A stretch of DNA of 15,666 bases from Candidatus Iainarchaeum sp. (GTDB taxonomy: Archaea; Iainarchaeota; Iainarchaeia; Iainarchaeales; JAZDFD01), in assembly GCA_043808155.1 (NCBI GenBank), contig JAZDFD010000015.1, positions 1-15,666 of the forward strand. The letters are read 5' to 3'. The stretch's first letter is position 1; each line of letters opens with the position of its first letter. This document shows positions 9,037 to 15,666 of the stretch, one piece after another. Under the pieces are notes generated by a model that saw nothing but the letters and a program-made list of their open reading frames with translations, searched no databases and was not told where the DNA came from. Both the position numbers and the translations under genes were made by a program.

Positions 9037-9897
9037 ATGATTGACACTTTTCAGAATATCTGGTTTGAATTTTTTTGCAAACCTGTTGTTGAACATACAG
9101 GATACAATCTTGTTAATACACTGGTTTATGTTGCGATTTTGCTTATTGCAGCATTTTATGTTGTTTATCCAATGCTTTCAAAAAAGGGAATTAAATTTGA
9201 TTTGAAATTTATGCTTGCGTTAATGCCGTATGTTATTTTAGGTTCAACATTTCGCGTGCTGGAAGATATGCACTTACTTCCAAGGAGCTGTAATCCTCTG
9301 GAACTTGGATTTTATACGTACACTCCTGGAATTTATATTTTTACTTTTGCAATTACAATTCTAATGCTGGTTCTTTCATGGAAAATATCCAAGAGAAATA
9401 ATGGTGATTTCTACAAACTGTTCGGGAGTATTGGTGTGATTTTAATGGCGCCAATTGTTGCATTCCTTTTACTTAATTTCAGAGCTTGGCCTGGGTTTTT
9501 TGCAGTTATAATTGGTGTGGTTGCAATTACTGGGATTATGTATTTCATAATGACAAAATTCAGAAAAGATTTTTTCAAAGATAGAATTAATCTGCTTGCA
9601 GTATCGTCACAGCTTTTGGACGGCACTGCAACAGTTATTGCAACAGAGGGAATTCCATTCACTGACATTATTTACAGATGCGGGGAGCAGCATGTTCTGA
9701 GTGAGGCTGTTCTGGGAGTGCATCCTTTTGCATTTGTTATTCTGAAATTGATTCTGATACTTCTGATTCTGCATTATGTTGATAAGGAAATAAAAGATGA
9801 AAACATGCGGGGCTTTATTAAAGTCTTTTTAATCATCTTAGGATTCGCAACAGGAACAAGAGATTTATTTACGCTGGGCGTAGGCAGTTGTTTATGA
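9037..9897 (+). CDS. DUF63 family archaeal multi-pass membrane protein
   Basis: GYNLVNTLVY, RVLED, TPGIY, QLLDGTAT, EQHVLS and ILGFATGTRD; many hydrophobic segments. Confidence 0.85.
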   Translation: MIDTFQNIWFEFFCKPVVEHTGYNLVNTLVYVAILLIAAFYVVYPMLSKKGIKFDLKFMLALMPYVILGSTFRVLEDMHLLPRSCNPLELGFYTYTPGIYIFTFAITILMLVLSWKISKRNNGDFYKLFGSIGVILMAPIVAFLLLNFRAWPGFFAVIIGVVAITGIMYFIMTKFRKDFFKDRINLLAVSSQLLDGTATVIATEGIPFTDIIYRCGEQHVLSEAVLGVHPFAFVILKLILILLILHYVDKEIKDENMRGFIKVFLIILGFATGTRDLFTLGVGSCL

Positions 9898-10401
9898 TAA
9901 CTTCTTTTTGGCTAATTTCTGTTTGTAGTATTTTACGAATTTTTCTAAATCAGCAGGGGTTATGCAAAGAATATCACCTGCAGGTTTTCCATTATGGTCT
10001 TTAAAAGCTATTTTTTCCAAGGTAATTAGATTTTGTCTTTGTGCTGAATTGAAAGATGTAGTCACACTAGCGAATGTATCTCTTTCAATGCCTGCTTCCT
10101 TATGAAGATCTAAAATAAGCTCTTTCAGAGAACTAATAGGGATTACCTCCAATGATTGTCTGACAAATTGTTCAACATGTTTTACATCACGGAAAGGCGG
10201 TTTATGTACGCTAGACATATCTCCTGCGGATACTCCAAGATCTGCCTCTCTCAATAGATGCGTTAAATAATTATAACGTAGTCTAGGAAGATCCATATGC
10301 TCTGCCAATGTTTTAACAATCAGTTTCTTTTTTGCAAAAGACGCTGTAGCTTTTTTTACAATTCTATCCACGACTCGTTTATGGTGATTTACTGCAGGCA
10401 T
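9892..10401 (-). CDS. Hypothetical basic protein (no family recognised)
   Basis: 169-aa ORF fills the gap between DUF63 and dph5. TATA-like element 23 nt upstream of the ATG; 6-nt convergent overlap with the DUF63 stop. Confidence 0.7.
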   Translation of the reverse strand: MPAVNHHKRVVDRIVKKATASFAKKKLIVKTLAEHMDLPRLRYNYLTHLLREADLGVSAGDMSSVHKPPFRDVKHVEQFVRQSLEVIPISSLKELILDLHKEAGIERDTFASVTTSFNSAQRQNLITLEKIAFKDHNGKPAGDILCITPADLEKFVKYYKQKLAKKKLS

Positions 10402-10423
10402 ACTAAAATAACGCCAATTAGCA

Positions 10424-10430
10424 ATATAAA
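10424..10430. promoter_or_regulatory. Probable bidirectional TATA box for two divergent leaderless genes
   Basis: ATATAAA lies 23 nt from the minus-strand ATG (10401) and 23 nt from the dph5 ATG (10453). Confidence 0.55.
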
Positions 10431-10452
10431 GATTCCTGCAGTTTATGTAGAT

Positions 10453-11220
10453 ATGCTGTATTTAATCGGAATTGGGCTTAAACCAAAACAAATCACACAT
10501 GAAGCACTTGAAATTTTGAAAGAATGCAATGAGGTTTATCTGGAGACTTATACAAGTGTTTATTCCGAAGGTGAAGTTGAAGAGCTTGAGGAAATGATTG
10601 GTAAGAGCGTTATTGCAGTGGATAGGAACGAGGTTGAATTAAAGTTTGACAAGATTATTGAATCTGCAAAAGAGAAGGATGTTGCACTCGCGGTTTTTGG
10701 TAATGCACTAAGTGCCACAACTCATGCACAGATTTTAATTGATGCAAAAAATGCAAAAATTGAAACAAAAGTTTTCCCGGGAATTTCAATAATGAATTAT
10801 CTGGGAAAAACAGGTTTGAGTGAATATAAATTCGGGAGAACAACTACTCTTGTTTATCCCCAAGAAAATTACGCTCCTGAATCATTTTATGACATTATTA
10901 AGGAAAATAAACTTGCAGGTCTTCATACTCTGTGTTTGCTCGATATTGATGTGGAAAAGAAACTTTTCATGAGTGTAAAAGATGCAATTGAACTTTTGGA
11001 AGATATTGAAATAAGACACAGTGAAAACATTATGAAAAAATCACTGCTTATTGCAATATGTGCTGCGGGAAGTGATAAGGAAAAGATTGTTGCAGGAAGT
11101 TCAGAAGAATTAAAAAAACTAAAGCTTCCAAGACCAGCTTCTTTAATTGTGTGCGGAAAACTAAGTGAAAAAGAAGAGGAAGCACTGGCAATTATTTACG
11201 GAGTGAATTTTTATGAGTGA
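10453..11220 (+). CDS. dph5: Diphthine synthase (diphthamide biosynthesis methyltransferase)
   Basis: MLYLIGIGL, YLETYTS, GNALSATTH, GLSEYKFGRTTTL, PESFYD, GLHTLCLLDI. The real start is ATG 10453, not 10297. Confidence 0.95.
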   Translation: MLYLIGIGLKPKQITHEALEILKECNEVYLETYTSVYSEGEVEELEEMIGKSVIAVDRNEVELKFDKIIESAKEKDVALAVFGNALSATTHAQILIDAKNAKIETKVFPGISIMNYLGKTGLSEYKFGRTTTLVYPQENYAPESFYDIIKENKLAGLHTLCLLDIDVEKKLFMSVKDAIELLEDIEIRHSENIMKKSLLIAICAAGSDKEKIVAGSSEELKKLKLPRPASLIVCGKLSEKEEEALAIIYGVNFYE

Positions 11221-11286
11221 AATTAAATGGAACGTGAATTTTATAAGTGAAATTGAAAAGCGTGGATTTGTATGAGTGAAATTGAA
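11203..11286. repeat. Three imperfect tandem copies (~29-30 bp) spanning the dph5 stop and DUF357 start
   Basis: GTGAATTTTTATGAGTGAAATTAAA / GTGAATTTTATAAGTGAAATTGAA / GTGGATTTGTATGAGTGAAATTGAA; AGTGAAATT core at 11216, 11246 and 11275. Confidence 0.9.
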
Positions 11287-11556
11287 GAAAAAGTAATGAA
11301 ATACAGAAAGCTTACTGAAAAAGCAATTGGAAAAGTGAAATTTAAGAAGGGTATTTCTGAGAAAGAAAGGAAAATTGCAGAGGATTTTCTGGAAATGGCT
11401 AACAATTACTTTAATGACGCAAAGCATTTTCAGGAAAAAAATGAGCTTCTCACAGCGCTTGCTGCATTTTCATATGCTCACGCATGGCTTGATGCAGGCG
11501 TTCGGGCAGGTTTTTTTGATGTGGGGAAAGATGACCAACTTTTTACTCTCCCCTAA
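11272..11556 (+). CDS. DUF357 family protein
   Basis: FLEMANNYFNDAKHF...ALAAFSYAHAWLDAGVRAG; this family is commonly found next to dph5 in archaea. Confidence 0.88.
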   Translation: MSEIEEKVMKYRKLTEKAIGKVKFKKGISEKERKIAEDFLEMANNYFNDAKHFQEKNELLTALAAFSYAHAWLDAGVRAGFFDVGKDDQLFTLP

Positions 11557-11603
11557 ACGTTTAAATAATTGAAATCAGTATTAGTATTGAATTTGGTGAA
11601 ACA

Positions 11604-12074
11604 ATGGGCATATATAATCCGCTTCCGAATCTTGAATTTTCAAAAAGAAATTTACTGATGTTTGTAGGGATTATTATGCTTATTATTGTGGCATATTATG
11701 GCGTCCCCATGATAATGGAAATCCTACAACCAAGTCCGTTTTATACACAATTTGACAAGCCTGCTCTTGATATGACTGATGTGCAGGCGAGAACAGTTAT
11801 ACTTTCAGTTTATGTTACTAATGTTACAGGCGAAACTGCCACAAATTCAAAAATAACTGTTTTTCCTGTGGATTCAACAACATTAATAGTTCACCCTTCT
11901 GAAAGAGTAATCACTACATTAGGTGTAGATGAAAAAAGGAAACTTGATTTTACAGTAAGAACAAATCCCAATGAAAGAATTTATCCTGGCGAATATAACA
12001 TTACAGTCAAATCAGAAATTAATGAAACTGAGTTTGAAAAAGAAGTTGTTCTTACAGTTAAAACAGCAGACTAA
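11604..12074 (+). CDS. Membrane-anchored protein with an Ig-like beta-sandwich (CARDB-like) domain
   Basis: N-terminal TM segment LLMFVGIIMLIIVAYYGV, then beta-rich VYVTNVTGETA...PGEYNITVK. SD-like GGTGA upstream. Confidence 0.65.
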   Translation: MGIYNPLPNLEFSKRNLLMFVGIIMLIIVAYYGVPMIMEILQPSPFYTQFDKPALDMTDVQARTVILSVYVTNVTGETATNSKITVFPVDSTTLIVHPSERVITTLGVDEKRKLDFTVRTNPNERIYPGEYNITVKSEINETEFEKEVVLTVKTAD

Positions 12075-12113
12075 TTTTTCAGTTTATGAATGTTGAAAAC
12101 TAATTTTCAGTTT
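12070..12113. repeat. Direct repeat (period 29) at convergent stop codons
   Basis: ACTAATTTTTCAGTTT (12070-12085) versus ACTAATTTTCAGTTT (12099-12113). Confidence 0.75.
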
Positions 12114-12390
12114 CTTTTGTTTTGTAGATATCAAAAACAGAAAGTGAATCATCAAAAGATAGCCACTTAATTTCAACATCGTCCACATCAGATGCAGGAG
12201 TGCCTTCTTTCAAACGATGGATTAATTCATTTAAATCTTTTACATTCCCGGATGCCAGGACTTCAACTTTTCCATTTGTTAAATTACGTGCCCAGCCTTT
12301 GAGATTTAACTGACGTGCATTGTCTTTTGTAAATGCTCTGAAAAAAACACCCTGAACTTTTCCAGAAATAAGAAGATGAACAGTTTTCAT
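12100..12390 (-). CDS. acyP: Acylphosphatase
   Basis: ISGKVQGVFFR, GWARNLTNGKVEV, GTPASDV. Start at 12390 or 12399. Confidence 0.93.
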   Translation of the reverse strand: MKTVHLLISGKVQGVFFRAFTKDNARQLNLKGWARNLTNGKVEVLASGNVKDLNELIHRLKEGTPASDVDDVEIKWLSFDDSLSVFDIYKTKETEN

Positions 12391-12400
12391 TATCTGCATT

Positions 12401-13012
12401 TTAACACTTATTCGGAACACTTATTTTTTCAGGTGAGGTTCTGATTTCTACTTTCAGGGGAACCTGCTCTTTGGGAGTACATTCAAGTTCAATATCAAAA
12501 ATTTCACCTGGGTTTAAGCGTGCGTATTTTACAGATGCATAATAACCTTCAGATCTTTCAAAAGTATCCGGGTCCCATGTTGGTTCTTCGCACTGTAAAA
12601 CACAATTACGAGCTACGTCTTTCAAAACCATTGATGCAACAAATTCAACATATGAATCAGAAATATTTTCAACATAAAGATCGCAGATTACAGTATTTTT
12701 TGTATCTGAGAAATCAGCATATTCTCTGCATGCCAATTCAGGAGTTATTTTTGTTAAAGCAGTCTGTGTTTCCAAAGGCAGAGTGGAAATGTGTGTCTTA
12801 GAACTTGCAAGTTCATGTTCAACAGTAAGTTCCTCATCTGTATTTAAAAGAAATTGCTCAATTTCAGGTTCCAGTGGTTCGGGTTCAAGATTATCAAAAT
12901 AACCTTCTTCAAATTCACCGCCTTCTTCAGGAAGTACATTTTTTGGGGGAGTAACAAATGCAACAATGGCAATAACCGCAAGTAGAACTACAACTAAAAT
13001 CCATTTACGCAT
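12401..13012 (-). CDS. Hypothetical secreted or membrane-anchored acidic protein
   Basis: MRKWILVVVLLAVIAIVAF signal/TM segment, Glu/Pro-rich linker and a Cys-containing beta-rich domain. TATA element 24 nt upstream. Confidence 0.75.
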   Translation of the reverse strand: MRKWILVVVLLAVIAIVAFVTPPKNVLPEEGGEFEEGYFDNLEPEPLEPEIEQFLLNTDEELTVEHELASSKTHISTLPLETQTALTKITPELACREYADFSDTKNTVICDLYVENISDSYVEFVASMVLKDVARNCVLQCEEPTWDPDTFERSEGYYASVKYARLNPGEIFDIELECTPKEQVPLKVEIRTSPEKISVPNKC

Positions 13013-13065
13013 ACTCTAAACATTGTACAAAGTCTTTTATATTCCTTGCCCCAGTGATAATAATT

Positions 13066-13154
13066 GGGCAGAAGGCGGATTGTTAAACCAACCAACTCTC
13101 TTAGCATTCATCCTTCTGTCTACTTGTTATGAATGCAGTTAAATAGCTTATTTT
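13066..13154 (+). ncRNA. Candidate pseudoknotted small RNA (unassigned)
   Basis: 11-bp stem 13065-13075/13112-13122 with 2 G-U pairs on the + strand, interlocked with an 8-bp stem 13104-13111/13129-13136. TATA at 13036-13042; T-rich 3' end at 13148-13154. Confidence 0.35.
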
Positions 13155-13182
13155 GCGAATCTAAGAATCAAAAATGAAAAAA

Positions 13183-13641
13183 TCAGACTTTTCTTACTTT
13201 TACATTGCTTTCTTCAAGCAATTCTTTGGAAAGTTCGTCAGGATACCCCTTCTCATAAACCAGTTCTGCGATTCCTGCATTTATTATCATTTTAGTGCAG
13301 AAAACACAAGGAAAATTTGTACAATAAACAGTCGCGCCATCAACAGGAAGACCAAATTGTGCTGCCTGTGCAATTGCATTTCCTTCTGCATGAGCGCCTC
13401 TGCAGAGTTCATGCCTTTCACCAGAGGGAATTCCCATTTTTTCCCTTAAACAATAGCCTCTGTCCAGGCAATTTTCAGTTCCTTTTGGCGCACCGTTATA
13501 ACCTGTAGCCATTACTTTCTTTTCTTTTACAATTATGGCTCCGACGTTTCTTCTGTTGCATGTGCTTCTTTCACTTGCAAGATGAGCCATTTTCATGAAA
13601 TAATCATCCCATGAAATGCGTGTTTTCTTTTTCTCTGCCAT
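13183..13641 (-). CDS. dCMP deaminase / ComEB-family zinc deaminase
   Basis: RISWDDYFM, RSTCNRRNVGA, TGYNGAP, HAEGNAI and PCVFC zinc motifs. Confidence 0.93.
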   Translation of the reverse strand: MAEKKKTRISWDDYFMKMAHLASERSTCNRRNVGAIIVKEKKVMATGYNGAPKGTENCLDRGYCLREKMGIPSGERHELCRGAHAEGNAIAQAAQFGLPVDGATVYCTNFPCVFCTKMIINAGIAELVYEKGYPDELSKELLEESNVKVRKV

Positions 13642-13665
13642 GGAATAATAGAAATAGGAAATGTT

Positions 13666-14772
13666 TTATAAGCCTGGTGTTCGGTTTTTTGGTTTTTGTT
13701 TTTTTGCACAGATAAGCAGATTTTTTTTGAATTTTTTAAATGCAGATTTTGGAATTGCCCCGGCTGAAGCAGGTATATGGCCACCTGCATTTGCTTTGGG
13801 AATGCCTTTTACTGAGCATTCAAGTAATGAATTCATGAAAACTTTAAAATCCTGTCTTCTTGCGGAAAATTTAATTCTGCTTCCTGACGTTTCGGCAATT
13901 ATAATTGTTTTGTCAGGATATTTCAGAGTCAGGTTGTCAATTACTGCAGATTTTATATTGTGTTTTGGTTTTATTTCAAAGAAGTATAATCCTGTTTCAG
14001 GATAATATTCTGCATTTTTCTCAAACAAGTTAACCCATTTGTTTTTTTCATTTCTGATTTTCAAAACATTTTTTTGGAATCTGCTTTTTAAAATTTCACG
14101 CGGATTTTTTGCGTTCATAAATTCTTTAAAAAGCGGAGTGAGATTTTTTTCAGAAATTATTGTGTTTGCAGTTACTAATTCATTAAGTTCATCAATTGTT
14201 TTAAGTGAAAGTTTTGTTCTTTTGAGTGTTTGTTTGAAAAATGGTTTCCATTTTGAGTAACTCATATCACCTAAAATTCCAAAGCAGGCAATCCAGTCAC
14301 AATTTTTAATGTCTGTAATTTCTGAAAACAAATCAAATGTAAGTTTTGAAGCAGGATAACCGCTTGGGTCAATTTTTGCAAAATATTTTGCTTTAATAAA
14401 AACAATTTCAGGCGAATTCAAATTAACATATTCTTTGTGATGATCTATAACAAGGATGTTCATTTGTTTTGAGATTTTTTTTACTTCAGTTGGGAACTGG
14501 TCAATATTCAAATCAACAATAATAAGTTTGTTTACTTTTTTTTGTTTGAATTTTTTGAAAATCTCAGTAAGCTGTTTTTTAGTTCCGTAATTGTAGGGAA
14601 GCACAAGCACTGGTCTCTTTCCTGTGAGTTTCTCAGTGCCTTTTGCAGTAATCAAACCTGCTGCCAGACCATCTGCATCGCAGTGATGCAGAACCCCTGT
14701 GATGTCTTTTTCTGAGAGCTCTGCACAGAAATTCTTAAAGCGCGAAAGCAGCATCACTTTTTTCGAAACCAT
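13666..14772 (-). CDS. DHH-family phosphoesterase with DHHA1 domain (RecJ/NrnA-like)
   Basis: HHCDADG, IIVDL, VIDHH, GILGD, FSARRQD and C-terminal AGGHIPASAG. Confidence 0.88.
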   Translation of the reverse strand: MVSKKVMLLSRFKNFCAELSEKDITGVLHHCDADGLAAGLITAKGTEKLTGKRPVLVLPYNYGTKKQLTEIFKKFKQKKVNKLIIVDLNIDQFPTEVKKISKQMNILVIDHHKEYVNLNSPEIVFIKAKYFAKIDPSGYPASKLTFDLFSEITDIKNCDWIACFGILGDMSYSKWKPFFKQTLKRTKLSLKTIDELNELVTANTIISEKNLTPLFKEFMNAKNPREILKSRFQKNVLKIRNEKNKWVNLFEKNAEYYPETGLYFFEIKPKHNIKSAVIDNLTLKYPDKTIIIAETSGSRIKFSARRQDFKVFMNSLLECSVKGIPKANAGGHIPASAGAIPKSAFKKFKKNLLICAKKQKPKNRTPGL

Positions 14773-14811
14773 ACGAAAATAATGTAAAAGGAGTATAAAA
14801 ACGTGAGTTTA

Positions 14812-15333
14812 TTATTCTCCAAAAATAGACGAAAATCTGCCTTCGGAAATTACTTTCATTGATTCATCAGCAGAAAATATTTTTCCATTCATACAAAGAT
14901 GAATACCATGTTTCAAATAATTAAAAGCACTTAAACAGTATCCCAGATTGAATTGTGCATCTGACATACTAAAATCATCAAGAGGAATCATGGAACCGGT
15001 TAAAATTATCGTTTTATCATTTTTCTTTAAATTAGCTTTTAAATATCTTGTAGTGTCAGGCATAGTGTATGATCCATGAGTAACAATTATGTGTTTATAT
15101 TTGCTTTTAGTGATAGTATCTAGAATTTTTTTCAAATCTTTACGTGTAAGCTCACGACTATCTTTCATACAAACAGTGGTAAACTTAAAATCAAAATATA
15201 AATTTAGATTATCAAGATATTTTGGAATTATTGATTTATCAAAGCATTTAACAGTATCTAATTTACCGTCATAATAAGAATCAATTGTTCCGCCAGTTAG
15301 TATTATGTGAACCTTGTTCTTTTTGTTGGCCAT
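14812..15333 (-). CDS. Short single-domain asparaginase/glutaminase-like protein with an altered active-site motif
   Basis: ILTGGTID, MKDSRE, VTHGSYTM (canonically THGTDTM), ILTGSMIP, SDAQFNLG. 173 aa; no C-terminal domain. Confidence 0.82.
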   Translation of the reverse strand: MANKKNKVHIILTGGTIDSYYDGKLDTVKCFDKSIIPKYLDNLNLYFDFKFTTVCMKDSRELTRKDLKKILDTITKSKYKHIIVTHGSYTMPDTTRYLKANLKKNDKTIILTGSMIPLDDFSMSDAQFNLGYCLSAFNYLKHGIHLCMNGKIFSADESMKVISEGRFSSIFGE

Positions 15334-15392
15334 GAATTATATACGCAGAATAACTTTAAATTAGTTGGTGTTTAAGTATAACAGGTGTCAAA

Positions 15393-15569
15393 ATGGTCTA
15401 CGAACACATGAATTCAAAGGGAATCAAATACTTTCTTCATAAGAAACGGGGAAAAGGGACACTTTACTATTTTTCTAAAGATCCAAAAATGGCAGTTAAT
15501 CTTCCGCCTGGTTATGATGTGATTGAGCACCCCACAACAAAGCTTCCTTTGCTTAAGAAGAAAGCTTAA
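15393..15569 (+). CDS. Small basic hypothetical protein, 58 aa (absent from the ORF track)
   Basis: Translated by hand: MVYEHMNSKGIKYFLHKKRGKGTLYYFSKDPKMAVNLPPGYDVIEHPTTKLPLLKKKA*. SD-like AGGTG at 15383-15387; TTTAAA at 15355-15360. Confidence 0.8.
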   Translation: MVYEHMNSKGIKYFLHKKRGKGTLYYFSKDPKMAVNLPPGYDVIEHPTTKLPLLKKKA

Positions 15570-15601
15570 CAGCAAATATTGTTAAGAAGAAAGCTTAACA
15601 G
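15553..15601. repeat. Perfect 20-bp direct repeat (period 29) duplicating the 3' end of the 58-aa gene
   Basis: TTAAGAAGAAAGCTTAACAG at 15553-15572 and 15582-15601, separated by CAAATATTG. Confidence 0.92.
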
Positions 15602-15666
15602 GAACGCGGAATCGTTTTAAAATAGTTGTTATCTTTTCTTTAATGATATATAAGGGGTGCTTGTCA

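Noticed and set aside
10297-10452. 52-aa N-terminal extension of Dph5 (similar extensions at 835, 2424, 4927, 7108, 12420)
   Set aside because: The extension overlaps neighbouring genes or promoters, and family similarity begins at the downstream ATG.
11203-11286. CRISPR mini-array interpretation of the ~30-bp repeats (also 15553-15601)
   Set aside because: Copies are essentially adjacent (gaps under 10 bp), degenerate and overlap coding sequence, and there are no cas genes in the window.
13048-13090. tRNA-Asn-like 5' half (GCCCCAG-TG...AATTGG...GCGGA-TTGTTAA)
   Set aside because: The D-stem and anticodon stem do not pair, and there is no T-arm or 3' acceptor strand nearby. A split-tRNA search would settle it.
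13037-13111. 24-codon minus-strand ORF MNAKRVGWFNNPPSAQLLSLGQGI
   Set aside because: Short enough to be chance, no recognisable motif, and it ends inside the TATA box of the next gene. Not fully excluded.
13104-13170. Pistol ribozyme or SAM-II riboswitch resemblance (GUUAAAUAG, AAUGCAGUUAAA)
   Set aside because: Only short motif echoes. The required stem order and partner strands are missing, and there is no downstream + strand gene.
13183-14772. dCMP deaminase plus DHH phosphoesterase as an antiviral nucleotide-depletion system
   Set aside because: The deaminase is a stand-alone ComEB/dCMP type with no fused kinase domain, each gene has its own TATA element, and there is no defence-island context.
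828-15274. Antisense and alternate-frame ORFs in the track (e.g. 828-1022, 3570-3878, 5380-5793, 6331-6747, 6699-7124, 13661-14005)
   Set aside because: They overlap well-supported genes and show no motifs, so they are shadow ORFs.

Overview
AT-rich, gene-dense archaeal housekeeping region. ScpA, Trm5, Dph5, DUF357, DUF63 and a single-domain KaiC/RAD55 ATPase, plus TATA boxes about 23 nt upstream of start codons, point to Archaea. A DPANN lineage such as Iainarchaeota/Diapherotrites is plausible but is inference only. I call 21 CDS, including a 58-aa gene missed by the ORF track (15393-15569). I see no rRNA, intact tRNA, CRISPR array, transposase or integrase. The most unusual signals are non-coding. 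(1) Four gene junctions each carry a tandem duplication with a 29-31 bp period that includes a stop codon, and two of them appear to have pulled apart overlapping genes. (2) A candidate ~90-nt pseudoknotted + strand RNA (about 13066-13154) starts 24 nt from a TATA box shared with a divergent gene. Protein-level oddities: an AAA_33/COG2187 kinase fusion in reverse domain order between bacterial-type ahcY and adk, a ferredoxin-thioredoxin-like fusion lacking CxxC, and a short asparaginase with THGSYT in place of THGTDT. All family calls come from motif recognition, not database searches.
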